In this document: piece after piece, positions 1 through 11,336 of the stretch
Layout of the letters: every line of letters begins with the position of its first letter
Numbering within the stretch: the first letter of the stretch is position 1
DNA from: Octopus bimaculoides
Taxonomy: Eukaryota
NCBI RefSeq assembly: GCF_001194135.2
Contig: NC_068984.1
Location: forward strand, 114,111,943 to 114,146,111
Direction: 5' to 3'
DNA length: 34,169 nucleotides
Notes under the pieces: model-generated
The model's input: only the letters and a program-made list of their open reading frames with translations
The model's database searches: none
Told to the model about the DNA's origin: nothing
Position numbers and translations under genes: made by a program

Positions 1-244
1 AATAATGCCCATATGTCAATCCCATTAGTCACTGAGTTTAGTTTTTAGTGTTAGCGTATTATCAAGGGTTAGTATTTGTTTTCTTTTTTGTAGGGGTGGA
101 GGGGCAGAGATGAAATGAAAGTGCAATGAAAAAAAAAATAAATAAAGAAGAGTATAAAGGACATTACATAAGACAGTGATTTAGTAGGGGTTTTTGTTTT
201 TGAAATTTTATCTTTCTGGCTCTGTCTTTTATATTTTTTGTCTT

Positions 245-250
245 TTTATT
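245..250 (-). promoter_or_regulatory. Possible proximal polyadenylation signal AATAAA
   Basis: tttatt on + strand, about 70 nt after the stop. No clear GU-rich downstream element, and the hexamer is common in AT-rich DNA. Confidence 0.2.
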
Positions 251-319
251 TGTTTTTTACATTTTTTTTTTTAAACCTTACAACACATACATTGCAACAC
301 ACAACCTATAGAAACACCA

Positions 320-1020
320 TTATGTTTTATCAATGTCTTCAGTGGTGGATTCTACTTCTGCTAATAATGATTTGGCAGTTGGTTCCGTTTGAATAGGACT
401 GTTAGAACACGTGTCCATTCGTATATGATGCATTTTGTCATCAGTCAAAGAGATCTCGTTATGTTGTGTGTTCTCCGTGCATTCTCGACTAATGTAAGAA
501 GGTACAGCAGACAACCTGTCTTCTATTGACTCACCATCAACAGCGTAACCGTTCTGTTTATTACTGTCACTAAGTCGGAGAAAGTTTTCTTTGCACACAT
601 CATTCATGTCCTCTTGCTCATTTTCAAGATGTTCTTTGTTCTGACAGACATCTAATTGTTTGTTGAATGAACTAAGGGAGGAAATCGTAGTTGCAACACC
701 TTCCATGTTTTCTAAATGAGTGGGTACATTTAAATCAGAATCTAGTGCACAACTGTCTACATGCTCACTGGGATGATGATTTTCAGTAGACATATCAACA
801 TTAGAGGGAACACTATTCAAAGCAGAAGCATCAGAGCTTTCAAAACCATTTTTCATGGTGCCACCATCAGTGCCATTGTCTTCGTCAGAGAAATTATCCC
901 AACTGCAACTGCTTACAGATTGATGGCTGTCAGATTCAAAGATCATGTCTTCATCTTCAGAATAGATTTCTGCACCAGGGTAGACATACTGACTAGGTGC
1001 TAGAAATAGCACTTGGTTCT
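320..1020 (-). CDS. SIRT1: SIRT1 terminal coding exon (CTR/ESA motif plus long acidic tail, stop TAA at 320-322)
   Basis: Acceptor ttttccttccag|AG AAC CAA GTG, phase 1. Reads (E)NQVLFLAPSQYVYPGAEIYSEDED...EDIDKT*, similar to human GNQYLFLPPNRYIFHGAEVYSDSED. Confidence 0.95.
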
Positions 1021-1134
1021 CTGGAAGGAAAATACACCATATATATAATATATATTAACATACATACATAGATACACAGAAGCATATATACAAACTTACA
1101 TGTGTACATGAAGATATACAAATACAATCAGCCA

Positions 1135-1410
<276 letters not shown>

Positions 1411-1449
1411 TGTAAACACACACATACACACTACATATGTATATATCAG

Positions 1450-1700
1450 TTAATGTTTACTTTTCCATGCTTGCATGAGTGAGAGGGAATTTGTTGAAGC
1501 AGGTTTTCTATGGCTGTGTGTTTTCCTATTGCCAACCCAAACCTGTTTCCATGCAAAATAATGTTTCCCATGGTCAGATATGTTTCTCACGGAAGACAAG
1601 ACACAAAGAACATTGCCTGTATAATTGTGATGCTCTCTTACAACCATCACCAGATCACAAGACAAGAGTATATATGTACACACGTACATATATAAAGACA
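1450..1700 (-). mobile_element. SINE family D 3' part (CORE-like head plus GAAGGGCATCCAGC/(GAT)n-type tail), diverged
   Basis: Same sequence type recurs at 7075-7728, 8481-8930 (+), 10884-11240, 22788-23165, 31020-31392 and 32518-32760. Boundaries approximate. Confidence 0.65.
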
Positions 1701-1931
1701 CACATACATTATCATAATTTTTTTTAATGACCATTTTCCATGCTGACATGGGTTGGATGGTTTGACAGGAGCCAGTGAACCAGAGGACAACACCAGCTTC
1801 AATATCCGCTTTGACATGGTTTCTATAGCTGGATGCCCTTCCTAACACCAACCACTTCACAGAATGTACTGGGTGCCTTGTACACAGTACACCTAACTTT
1901 TTCCAGTTTTTGACTATCAAATCCCCTAAGC

Positions 1932-2170
1932 CAGGGGTTTTCAAACTGTGGTCCACGGACCACAGGGGGTCCGCAAGGACAAGACAGGGGGTCCGTAGAC
2001 AGCAAATACTTAACCTATTTGTTAAATACTGCTAAATAAATAAATGTAAAAATATATGTTATTTTAAGCAAATATTTATGTATAAATTTCATAAGCGTTT
2101 ATAAGGGGGTCCCTAAGGTAAAGCCTGAAATATAAAGGGGTCCGCAAGTCAAAAAGTTTGAAAAGCCCTG
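1932..2170. mobile_element. hAT-superfamily MITE, 239 bp, intact ends
   Basis: TIRs CAGGGGTTTTCAAACT (1932-1947) and AGTTTGAAAAGCCCTG (2155-2170), 15/16 match. Perfect 8-bp TSD CCCTAAGC (1924-1931, 2171-2178). Repeated subterminal GGGGTCC motifs. Confidence 0.9.
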
Positions 2171-2180
2171 CCCTAAGCCA

Positions 2181-2620
2181 ATGCCACATACAAAGCAACT
2201 GTGCCAGCGCCACATACAAAGCACCCGAGCCAGCCCCACATACAAAGTGCCCAAGCTGGTGTCACATATAAAGCAACCATCCCAGTGCCATGTACAAAGC
2301 ACCCATGTTGATGTCACACACAAAGCACCATCCCAGTGCCATGTACAAAGTACTTGTGTCAGTGCCACACACAGAGCACCTATGCCAGTGCCAAATACAG
2401 AGCACTCATACCAGCTCCATGTACAAAGCACCCATGCTGGTGCCGCATAAAATGCACCCAGCAGTCTGTAAAGCAGTAGGCCTTAGGAAGGGCATCCAGC
2501 CATAGAAAGCATGCCAGAACAGACAAATGGAGCCTGGGCAGCTCTCCAGCTGGCCAACTCCTGTCAAACCATCCAACCATGCCAGCATGGAGAACAGACA
2601 TTAAAAAAAATTATGATGAT
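2181..2620 (+). mobile_element. Family C retroposon (tandem about 26-bp module array plus GGAAGGGCATCCAGC core plus CATGG...(GAT)n tail)
   Basis: Related copies at 1710-1880 (-), 2790-2900 (-), 3720-3995 (+), 5819-6075 (-), 9715-9900 (-), 25195-25310 (-), 28686-28968 (-), 29285-29510 (-) and 31785-32260 (-). Confidence 0.7.
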
Positions 2621-3401
2621 CAATCCACTCAGATGGGCTTCACAAGCCCAAAGCTGCAGTAGAAGACATGCCTGCCTGCCTACTTGCCTCTCTCTCTCCC
2701 TCTCTCCCTCATATCCCAAGCATCAAACTAATACATCTGCTAGTTGTTCCCATCTTCGTCTTTTGTTTTCTGTAAATTTGAACTATATATCATCATCTTC
2801 ATCATCATTTAACATCCATTATCCATGGGTTGGACGGTTTGACAGGAGCTGGCCAGCTGAAGGCTGTTCAGGCTCCATATGTGTTTTGGTATGATTTCTA
2901 CAACTTGGAAAGAAGTCGTAACATCACCTGGGATTCAAACATAGTATCTGCTGTAAACCATATAACTATACCAACCACCACACCAAAGCAATTTCACAAC
3001 CCCTGACCACTTAAATGAGCACTTAATTTAGGTAGCTACAATGATATACTAGTGACCTGTTAACAGGGATCAACACCCACACAGAAGTCAAGGTATAATA
3101 TTAAATATTTAATAATATAGACAAAGAAAACAAACAAAAATTATGCCATCATTTGCAAGATTCAAAATCCAAACAAGCTAAAAACCCATATAGCAGTGCA
3201 AATACACACACACACAAACATATACAATGAGATTCCTTACAGTTTCTGTCAACCAATTTCACTCGGAGGGCAATGGCTAGTCTGGAGCTAGAGTATAAGG
3301 ATGCCAAACAGTGGGACTGAACCTTGAAACCATGAGGTTCCTTAACCACACAGCCATGCCTGCACCTATAAATATTTTGTCTGAACACTCAAGCTACAAA
3401 C

Positions 3402-3542
3402 CTTTTAACTGCTTTCCTAAACTCTGCTTCGGTATTTTCTCAGGCTTCTTGTTAAAAAAGCTTCTGATGTCAGCATTTTCACCGTTTTCTTCATTCTTGC
3501 TTTGTTCATCATTATTTTCTTCACAACTGTTCTTTGCTGGAG
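3402..3542 (-). CDS. SIRT1: SIRT1 penultimate coding exon (141 nt)
   Basis: Acceptor tcctccgtcttgttccag|CT CCA; donor AAA G|gtttgt; phase 1-1. Reads PAKNSCEE...IRSFFNKKPEKIPKQSLGKQLK, resembling human VRKCWPNRVAKEQISRRLD, and joins both neighbours in frame. Confidence 0.85.
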
Positions 3543-4300
3543 CTGGAACAAGACGGAGGAATTGAATTAAAATATACGTAAAACAACGTTTAAACATTTA
3601 CATATTCGTTTTGCTTTACTCAGGATATCCAAGAGTATTTTTGTAATTTCCTAGACTGCTTTGGTTTCATTATCAATCCCACAAAAACATATATCTAAAA
3701 CCAAAGCCAAGTGAAATCATAGTTGTGGCCAATGCTGGTGTCACATAACTAGCACCCGTGCCAGTGGTATGTAAAAGCACCTGAGCCGGTTGGCACATAA
3801 AAGCACCCATGCCGGTGGCAAATAAAAAGCACTTGTTACATTATTGGGGTGGTTGGTGTTAGGAAGGGCATCCAGCCATAGAAACTATGCCAAATCAGAC
3901 TGGAATTTGATACAGCTCTCCAGTTTATCAGTTCCAGTCAAACTATGTAACCCATGCCAGCATGGAAAGCAGATGCTAAATAATGATAATGATGGCTGAG
4001 CTACTGCTTTTAAAATAAGAAATTTCTTATTTTCAACAGTGGTACCTCAGTGAGTCAACTAAATGTTTTTTAACAATGGTACTGAGAAATGAAAATACTG
4101 TTGTCACAGTCACATATGCGTATTTGTGGTTAAAAATCAAACCATAAACATCTAACATTTTTCTAAAATTTTTCTAGAATGAATGAATAACTCAGATTCA
4201 GCATGAAAAAGTACACCAGTATACCAAACTTGAACATTTTTACTTAATTTTAAAATTTCAAAATTTGTGTCTATCTCTTTCATTTTCTCTTGGTAAACTT

Positions 4301-4745
4301 TTTCACTCCCTACAAATGTATATTGCTCATGCTGAGTATGTGTTTGTCAGTGTGTATGTATGCATGTGTGTAAGGAATTTCATTAGGGCAACAGAGTGAT
4401 TTAAAAAAAGGTATGTAAAAGAATTTATTTTATTAGCATACTTTTCTGTTAGTAAATGTGTTTTTTTCTCACACACACACACACAAATTCACTTAATGCA
4501 GGGTGGGGTTAAAGATTTAAATATTTTGTTGTTGTTGCTTTCACTCTCTATAAAGGTATATCACTCATGCTAAGTATATGTGTATGCAAGTGATTTAAAA
4601 GATATGTATAAAAGATAATTTATTTTAATAGCATACTTTTCTGCTAGCAAATATGTTTGTTTTTTTTAAGCACACACGTGCATGTGTGCATGGACTTACT
4701 TGATGTGGGGTGAGGTTAAAGATTTAAATAAAAAATTTTGTTGCT
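4301..4745. repeat. Old diverged tandem duplication (units about 4301-4538 and 4539-4745)
   Basis: Both units carry tttcactc..., ctcatgct, gtgatttaaaa, tagcatacttttctg and ggttaaagatttaaat in the same order. Confidence 0.75.
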
Positions 4746-5497
4746 TAAATCCCAGCAATTGACTACTGCATCATAATTCCATAGAATGTGTTTATAGGGA
4801 GAAAAATATTGAAAAACACCAATACATGTCAGAATAACAAACAAACAAGGAAGGTGGTTGTGGGATGTAGTACAAACAGCTAAATCTCCCTTAGATCACC
4901 ATTTTGTCTTTAAATTATTTTGAAATTATCAACAGAAAGACAATGCATATTAGGACTGTCCATATTTTAAAACTATGATGTAAAAAATATTTCAAACAAA
5001 AGCTGAAATTTTAGGATTTATTTTTAATGAAAACTTTTTTTAAAATTTCACTATTGTTTTTAAATTACATTTCATTTTCTATTTGGAAATGAAGGAAGTA
5101 GGAATTGTAATGGTGTTTGCCAATTTCCAAATTTATTTTTTCTTTTTAACTTTCAAGATTTCTCCCATGGTTTTTAAGTGTGTAGTGCCAAAAAATATAT
5201 ATATATTGGCCAAAATAGGTACTGAGAGAAATGGATTTGAAAAACTTCTTTTTTTTTTACCAAAAATGCATCTCCCATCGTTTTTAAATATGTAGAGCAA
5301 AAGAAAATGGACATAATAAGTCTGGAAGGGGGAAGGACTATTTGTAAATTTTCAAAAAATTTTATCATAAAAAGCTTCCCCCATCATTTGCAAGAGTGTG
5401 ATGGAAAACAAATTTGAAAAATCTCCGTCAAAGTGGAGAAAATCCATCTTATGTGGGTCTGCTATTCTGAAAATCTTTGTTGGAGTTTTGGAATAGC

Positions 5498-5818
5498 NNN
5501 NNNNNNNNNNNNNNNNNNNNNNNNNNNNNNNNNNNNNNNNNNNNNNNNNNNNNNNNNNNNNNNNNNNNNNNNNNNNNNNNNNNNNNNNNNNNNNNNNNNN
5601 NNNNNNNNNNNNNNNNNNNNNNNNNNNNNNNNNNNNNNNNNNNNNNNNNNNNNNNNNNNNNNNNNNNNNNNNNNNNNNNNNNNNNNNNNNNNNNNNNNNN
5701 NNNNNNNNNNNNNNNNNNNNNNNNNNNNNNNNNNNNNNNNNNNNNNNNNNNNNNNNNNNNNNNNNNNNNNNNNNNNNNNNNNNNNNNNNNNNNNNNNNNN
5801 NNNNNNNNNNNNNNNNNN
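5498..5818. other. Assembly gap (N run); other gaps at 16015-16872, 18111-18188 and 28969-29174
   Basis: N characters. Confidence 1.
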
Positions 5819-6442
5819 TGTCGTCGTCGTCGTTTAACGTCCGCTTTCCATGCTAGCATGGGTTGGACGATTTGACTGAGGACTGGTGAAACCAGATGGC
5901 TACACCAGGCTCCAATCTGATTTGGCAGAGTTTCTACAGCTGGATGCCCTTCCTAACGCCAACCACTCAGAGAGTGTAGTGGGTGCTTTTACGTGTCACC
6001 CGCACGAAGGCCGGTCAGGCGGTACTGGCAATGGCCACGCTCAAAATGGTGCATTTCATGTGCCACCCGCACAAAAAAAAAAAATGCATATATACACATA
6101 TATGTACACATACATGAATATGACAACAGCATTTTGCATGTCTCTGCATCTCTCTCTCACCAAATTGTCTTTTTCTCTTTCTCTCTTTAACTTTCTTTCT
6201 TTCTGACACTTCTTTTCTCTTTTCTCTCTTTTTTCTTTCTTTTCTTATTTCCTTCTCCTCCACACACAAATAACCAGATTCTTAGGAACTATCCATCCAC
6301 CTCAATTCCTTTTCTCCTATCATTTCAGAAAGATATCTGAAAGATTAATTTCTTTCAGCCTTTCTCAAGAAATCCACTACCTACCCTCACTTTCATAAAA
6401 ACAAGTAAAATTACTGAGTTTGACACAGAAAATATTTTATAG

Positions 6443-6638
6443 ATTCCTCATATCAACTTGCAATCATCCAATACAGATTTTCCTTTCACTTTAAGACAGC
6501 ATCAATTCCCCATAAGGCCTACAATCACCATGTCAATAAGCAAAAGGAAAAATCAAGTACAAATATGGCCAAAATTTAGCATTTATCTCCTTATTCCAGT
6601 GTTCACAAGCAGTCAATGTTGCTCTCAATAGAATTGGA
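6443..6638 (+). pseudogene. Degenerate Helitron RepHel/PIF1 helicase C-terminal fragment
   Basis: Frame from 6443 reads IPHINLQSSNTDFPFTLRQHQFPIRPTITMSISK, then after frameshifts IYLLIPVFT and NVALNRIG. This matches the Helitron helicase tail IPRI...LPF.LRRRQFPIR.AFAMTINK...GIYL..PVF.HGQLYVALSRV. Confidence 0.75.
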
Positions 6639-7345
6639 GATTTTTGCTGATAGCCAATTTGCTACATCAAGAGGATGTCTATCACAGATGATCCAATTAT
6701 GAAAATGTTAAATTCACAAAAATAAATATTGCCTAGACAGGCAACATCTGATTGTCAAAATTTCTTATTTGAGGAATGTTATATGAAATGTTGCATATAG
6801 AAATAAAAATTAAAAAATTAGCAAAACATTTTCCAGCTTAGCTCAGAATATCCAGAGATGTTCATCACTTGAAACCAAATGAGGTCAAAACACTGGCTCA
6901 AATGATCTGCCAACAACACTCTGAGCAAGCTCTGTGCTTTTTTTTTTAACATACAAGTTTCTTTGAGATGCTTCTCCAAGACAAAATATTACAACCAGTC
7001 CCGTAACAAATTTGCATATACAACACAGATGTTATCCACACATTGTTATTTTAATCTAATACTCTTTCAAGTCCATATCATCATCATTTTAACATCTGCT
7101 TAGCCATGCACACATGGGTCAGACAAAATTTGTTGAGGCAGATTTCCTGTGGCCAGATTCCCTCCTTGTCACCAACCCTCACCCATTTCCAAGTAAGATA
7201 ATAATTTCTCCATGGCCAGATATATTTTCACGGAATATTGTAAAAGAAAAACACTGCTTGCATGATGGTGACACCTGTTTTACAACTATCATACGAAGTC
7301 AATGAGACAGTTACACACACACATGATGGTCTTCCTTCAGTTTCT

Positions 7346-7574
7346 TATTTCTTTATTGCCCACAAGGGGCTAAACACAGAGGGGACAAACAAGGACAGAC
7401 AAAGGGGTTAAGTCAATTACATCGACCCCAGTGCATAACTGGTACTTAATTTATCAACCTTGAAAGGATGAAAGGCAAAGTCAACCTTGGCAGAATTTGA
7501 ACTCAGAACATAACGGCAGACGAAATACCGCTAGGCATTTCGCCCGGCGCACTAACGTTTCTGCCAGCTCGCCG
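7346..7574 (-). mobile_element. tRNA-derived SINE family B (Deu/Nin-like central domain), full length, nested in a family D copy
   Basis: Minus-strand head GGCGAGCTGGCAGAA with B-box-like GAGTTCAAATTC. Central TTTCATCCTTTC..GATAAATTAAGTACCAG resembles the DeuSINE/Nin domain. 14-bp TSD ttcYttcagtttct (7332-7345, 7575-7588) with one mismatch. Confidence 0.85.
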
Positions 7575-7867
7575 TTCTTTCAGTTTCTGTCAACCAAATC
7601 CACTCACAAGGCTTTGGTCAACCTGGAACCATAGCAGAAGACACTTGTCTAAGGTGTCACACAGACAGACTAAACCTGAAACCATGTGGCTGGAAGGCAA
7701 GCTTCTTACCATACAGCCACACTTGCGCCTATGCATATAATTTTGTAAATTTATGTTTATAGGTTTTCTTAAGCAATTCAAAAATAAACTTGAGAATTAA
7801 GATTATGGATATAAAAAATTAATAACAAATTTTAAAATTGAAGAAAGTTGCCTCTGATACTACTTAC

Positions 7868-8278
7868 ACAATGAATGTGAAATGAGGTGTGTGTTATTAC
7901 TTGCAGACAAACTGTCCTGTCCGTTTGTGTTTTCAGGAGGAACTATTGAATGAGTGCCATGTAAACAGTCTTTTGTAATATCTGATGAGGGGGCATGAAC
8001 ATCGTTTGGTTTTAGAGGAGATGAGAATAGCGAGTTCTGTAAACCTTTCCCCGTTTCTTTCAGTTCTGGTTTTAGAGAAGGAGTTTCAAGTTGGTCCTTT
8101 CTTATTTGTGTAAAAGAAGGACCGGAATCACAGAAGGCTTCTTTCCAGCCCTCGCCAAGGCGTTTACAAAGGTCGTTCACAATTATGTCTCCGTCCCCTA
8201 ACAATTCCACATCAAAGGTCATGTGCTTCAAAGGTTCTCTATTGATGAGGATCTGGGGTACATGTGCAGGAATGTAAT
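7868..8278 (-). CDS. SIRT1: SIRT1 exon: end of catalytic domain plus linker (411 nt)
   Basis: Acceptor tttgtttttccag|AT TAC; reads YIPAHVPQILINREPLKHMTFDVELLGDGDIIVNDLCKRLG...; donor TTG T|gtaagt. The 3' boundary was chosen from the consensus donor and phase. Confidence 0.9.
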
Positions 8279-8645
8279 CTGGAAAAACAAATTGCAGTGA
8301 ATCAGCAATAAAAAAAAAAACAGAAACTGATTGATAACAGAAATAGATAGACATTATCTTTTGGGGGTTTTTTTTTAAACAAACAATAAACAATTTGCAG
8401 TAAAGATAACAGTGAAAAAAATATTAATTAAAATTTTTTAAATTAACAATTACAAAAAAACTTATCTAAAACACATATCTAGGTGCAGGTATGGCTGTGT
8501 GGATAATAAGTTTGCTTCTCAATCACATGGTTTTGAACTCAGTTCCACTAAATGGCACCTTGAGCACGTATCTTCTATTACAGCCCTGAGCCAACCAAAG
8601 TGTTGTGAACAGATTTGGCAGATGCAAACTGAAAGAAGCCCATCA

Positions 8646-8693
<48 letters not shown>

Positions 8694-9061
8694 CGCACAT
8701 CTCTGTTTTCATAAATGAGTGTTACCACCATACAAACAGTGTCCTTTGTTTCCAATCTTCCATAAAATCATGTCTGGCTATAAAGAAATATTACCTTGCT
8801 TGCAAACAGGTGAGAGATGGTGACAAGAAAGGTGTCCAGCTGTAGAAAATCTGCTTCAACAAATCCTCTCTGAGCCATGCCAGCATGGGTCAGATATGAG
8901 TGGGTGTTAAAATAATGATGGTGATGAATTTAATTGGTTATTTCACAAATATATTAATTACATCAGGAATTTAGAAAAACAAGACCTGTATGTTTAATGT
9001 CTGTATTTCCATGCTACTATGATCTGGATGGAAATATATTTGAGGTAGTATTTTACAGCTA

Positions 9062-9256
9062 TTCTTTTACTCTTTTACTTGTTTCAGTCATTTGACTGCG
9101 GCCATGCTGGAGCACCACCTTTAGTCAAGCAAATCGACCCCAGGACTTATTCTTTGTAAGCCTAGTACTTATTCTATCGGTCCCTTTTGCTGAACCGCTA
9201 AGTTACGGGGACATAAACACACCAGCATCGGTTGTCAAGCAATCCTAGGGGGACAA

Positions 9257-9288
<32 letters not shown>

Positions 9289-9465
9289 ATATACATATAT
9301 ACGACGGGCTTCTTTCAGTTTCCGTCTACCAAATCCACTCACAAGGCTTTGGTTGGCCCGAGGCTATAGTAGAAGACACTTGCCCAAGGTGCCACGCAAT
9401 GGGACTAAACCCGGAACCATGTGGTTGGTAAGCAAGCTACTTACCACACAGCCACTCCTGCGCCT
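9062..9465 (-). mobile_element. tRNA-headed CORE-like SINE family A, full length, young
   Basis: Head AGGCGCAGGAGTGGCTGTGTGG...GGGTTTAGTCCC, core GCACCTTGGGCAAGTGTCTT (CORE/MIR-like), internal (CA/TA)n, tail (AGTAAAAG)n. May correspond to a published octopus SINE (OR1/OR2/OK); assignment not verified. Confidence 0.88.
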
Positions 9466-10074
9466 AAAAGCTGTATACTTTTTCTTGATGCCAGCCCTTA
9501 CATGTTCTTTAAGTTAAAGATTTTTTTAATATTCTACTAGACTTTGAAACCACAGAAAAAATGGAGCATACTGCCATTATTTTGTATTGGCTAAATCAAA
9601 GGTTAAAGTTAGAACCAGGCTTAACAGCACGGACTACAGAATTCAGAAAACTGTCCGACATAGGAGGATAATCTCTAGAATCGGTAGGTTGTTGATGAAC
9701 TGCAACACTATAAACATAAGTCATCATCATCATCATCACCATTTAACATCCATTGACCATGCTGGTATGGGTTGGATGGTTTGACCAGGGCTGGTAAGCT
9801 GAAGAGCTGCACTAGATTCCAGTCTGACTTGGTATGGTTTCTATGACTGGATGCCCTTCCTAATGCCAACCACTCCAAGAGTGTAATGGGTGCTAGTTCT
9901 TGGTCATTTGTCATTGCCTCAGTGGAAATATAAAAGATCATATGTATATTGGTGTCCCATATAATCAAGTAGACACTAGGACTAACATTTCAAGTGGGTC
10001 CTTTACTTGCAAATATAATGTGAAAACACAAGTATTTGAAATTACTGAATAATAAGTTTAATGTAAATACTCAC

Positions 10075-10261
10075 TTGGAATTAGAGCAACTGGTCGAACT
10101 TTCATCGAAGAACCAATTACAATTAATAAATCACATTGCTCTTTGTCCTCTGCCATCTGATGGTGAAAATGTTCAGGAAGGTTCTCTCCAAAGAAAACAA
10201 TATCAGGTTTCATTATAGCAGATGTACATTCTAGGGGACATACCTGACATCGAGGAATTAC
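10075..10261 (-). CDS. SIRT1: SIRT1 exon (187 nt): second CxxC, KPDIVFFGE, GSSMKVRPV
   Basis: Acceptor ttttgctaccaacag|GTA; donor CCA A|gtgagt. Reads VIPRCQVCPLECTSAIMKPDIVFFGENLPEHFHHQMAEDKEQCDLLIVIGSSMKVRPVALIP. Confidence 0.97.
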
Positions 10262-10460
10262 CTGTTGGTAGCAAAACAGAAAAAAAAAACAATCAGAACT
10301 CCTTCAGAGATATACACAAAATTATGACAAAATCTGTTACTCTGTACAGAAGTGGAAAATAGAAAATTGGAAACCTATGAAAATAAATTAGTGGTGAGCT
10401 TGAGAAAAAAAACAAAAATATTTTGAATCAAAACGCTGTAAAACATCATCATTTTAATAT

Positions 10461-10676
10461 ACTCTTTTACGCTTTTACTTGTTTCAGTCATTTGACTATG
10501 GCCATGCTGGAGCACCACCTTTAGTCGAGCAAATCGACCCCAGGACTTATTCTTTGTAAGCCTAGTACTTATTCTATCGGTCTCTTTTTGCCGAACCGCT
10601 AAGTTACGGGGACGTAAACACACCAGCATCGGTTGTCAAGCGATGGTGGGGGGACAAACAAACACACACACACACA

Positions 10677-10718
<42 letters not shown>

Positions 10719-10883
10719 TACAATGGGCTTCTTTCAGTTTCCGTCTACCAAATCCACTCACAAGGCTTTGGTCGGCCCGAGGCTACAGTAGAAGACACTT
10801 GCCCAAGATGCCATGCAGTGGGACTGAACCCGGAACCATGTGGTTGGTAAGCAAGCTACTTACCACACAGCCACTCCTGCGCC
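10461..10883 (-). mobile_element. SINE family A, full length, inserted into the tail of a family D copy
   Basis: Near-identical to 9062-9465. The flanks catcatcattttaat and aacttttccattcatg rejoin as the D-family tail. Confidence 0.88.
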
Positions 10884-11240
10884 AACTTTTCCATTCATGA
10901 ATGGGTTAATTAGAGTTCATGGTAGATTTTTCTATGGCTGGATACCTTTCCTATTGCCAGCCCTTACTCCTTTCAAGCAAAGTAATATTTCCCCATGGTC
11001 AGACATGTTTTCTCAGAATGTTGAAAATAAATGACATTCATTTACAACGATAACACAATGTCAAAACAAAGTGACACACACACGCGCGCACGTGCAACAG
11101 GCTTCTTTCAGTTTCTGTCAACCAAACTTGTTCTACAAAATCCATTCCCTCTACCAAATCCATTCACAGTTTTGGTTGACTTGGAGATATAAGCTGAAGA
11201 TACTTGCCCACAGTGGGACTGAAACCATTACAATGTGGTT

Positions 11241-11336
11241 GGGAAGCAAACTTCTTGGGAAGCAAACTTCTTGGGAAGCAAACTTCTTGGGAAGCAAACT
11301 TCTTGGGAAGCAAACTTCTTGAGAAGTAAACTTCTT
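11241..11336. repeat. Minisatellite, 6 x 16 bp GGGAAGCAAACTTCTT
   Basis: Units start at 11241, 11257, 11273, 11289, 11305 and 11321 (last one diverged). Derived from the SINE head segment. Confidence 0.95.

Noticed and set aside
2181-2460. Regularly spaced palindromic repeats resembling a CRISPR array
   Set aside because: The units are contiguous and degenerate with no unique spacers, sit inside a eukaryotic retroposon, and have no cas genes nearby.
5433-5875. Long ORFs spanning 5433-5875, 15926-17117 and 28852-29346
   Set aside because: Their length comes from N runs. Only the LINE part of 15451-16875 is real coding-derived sequence.
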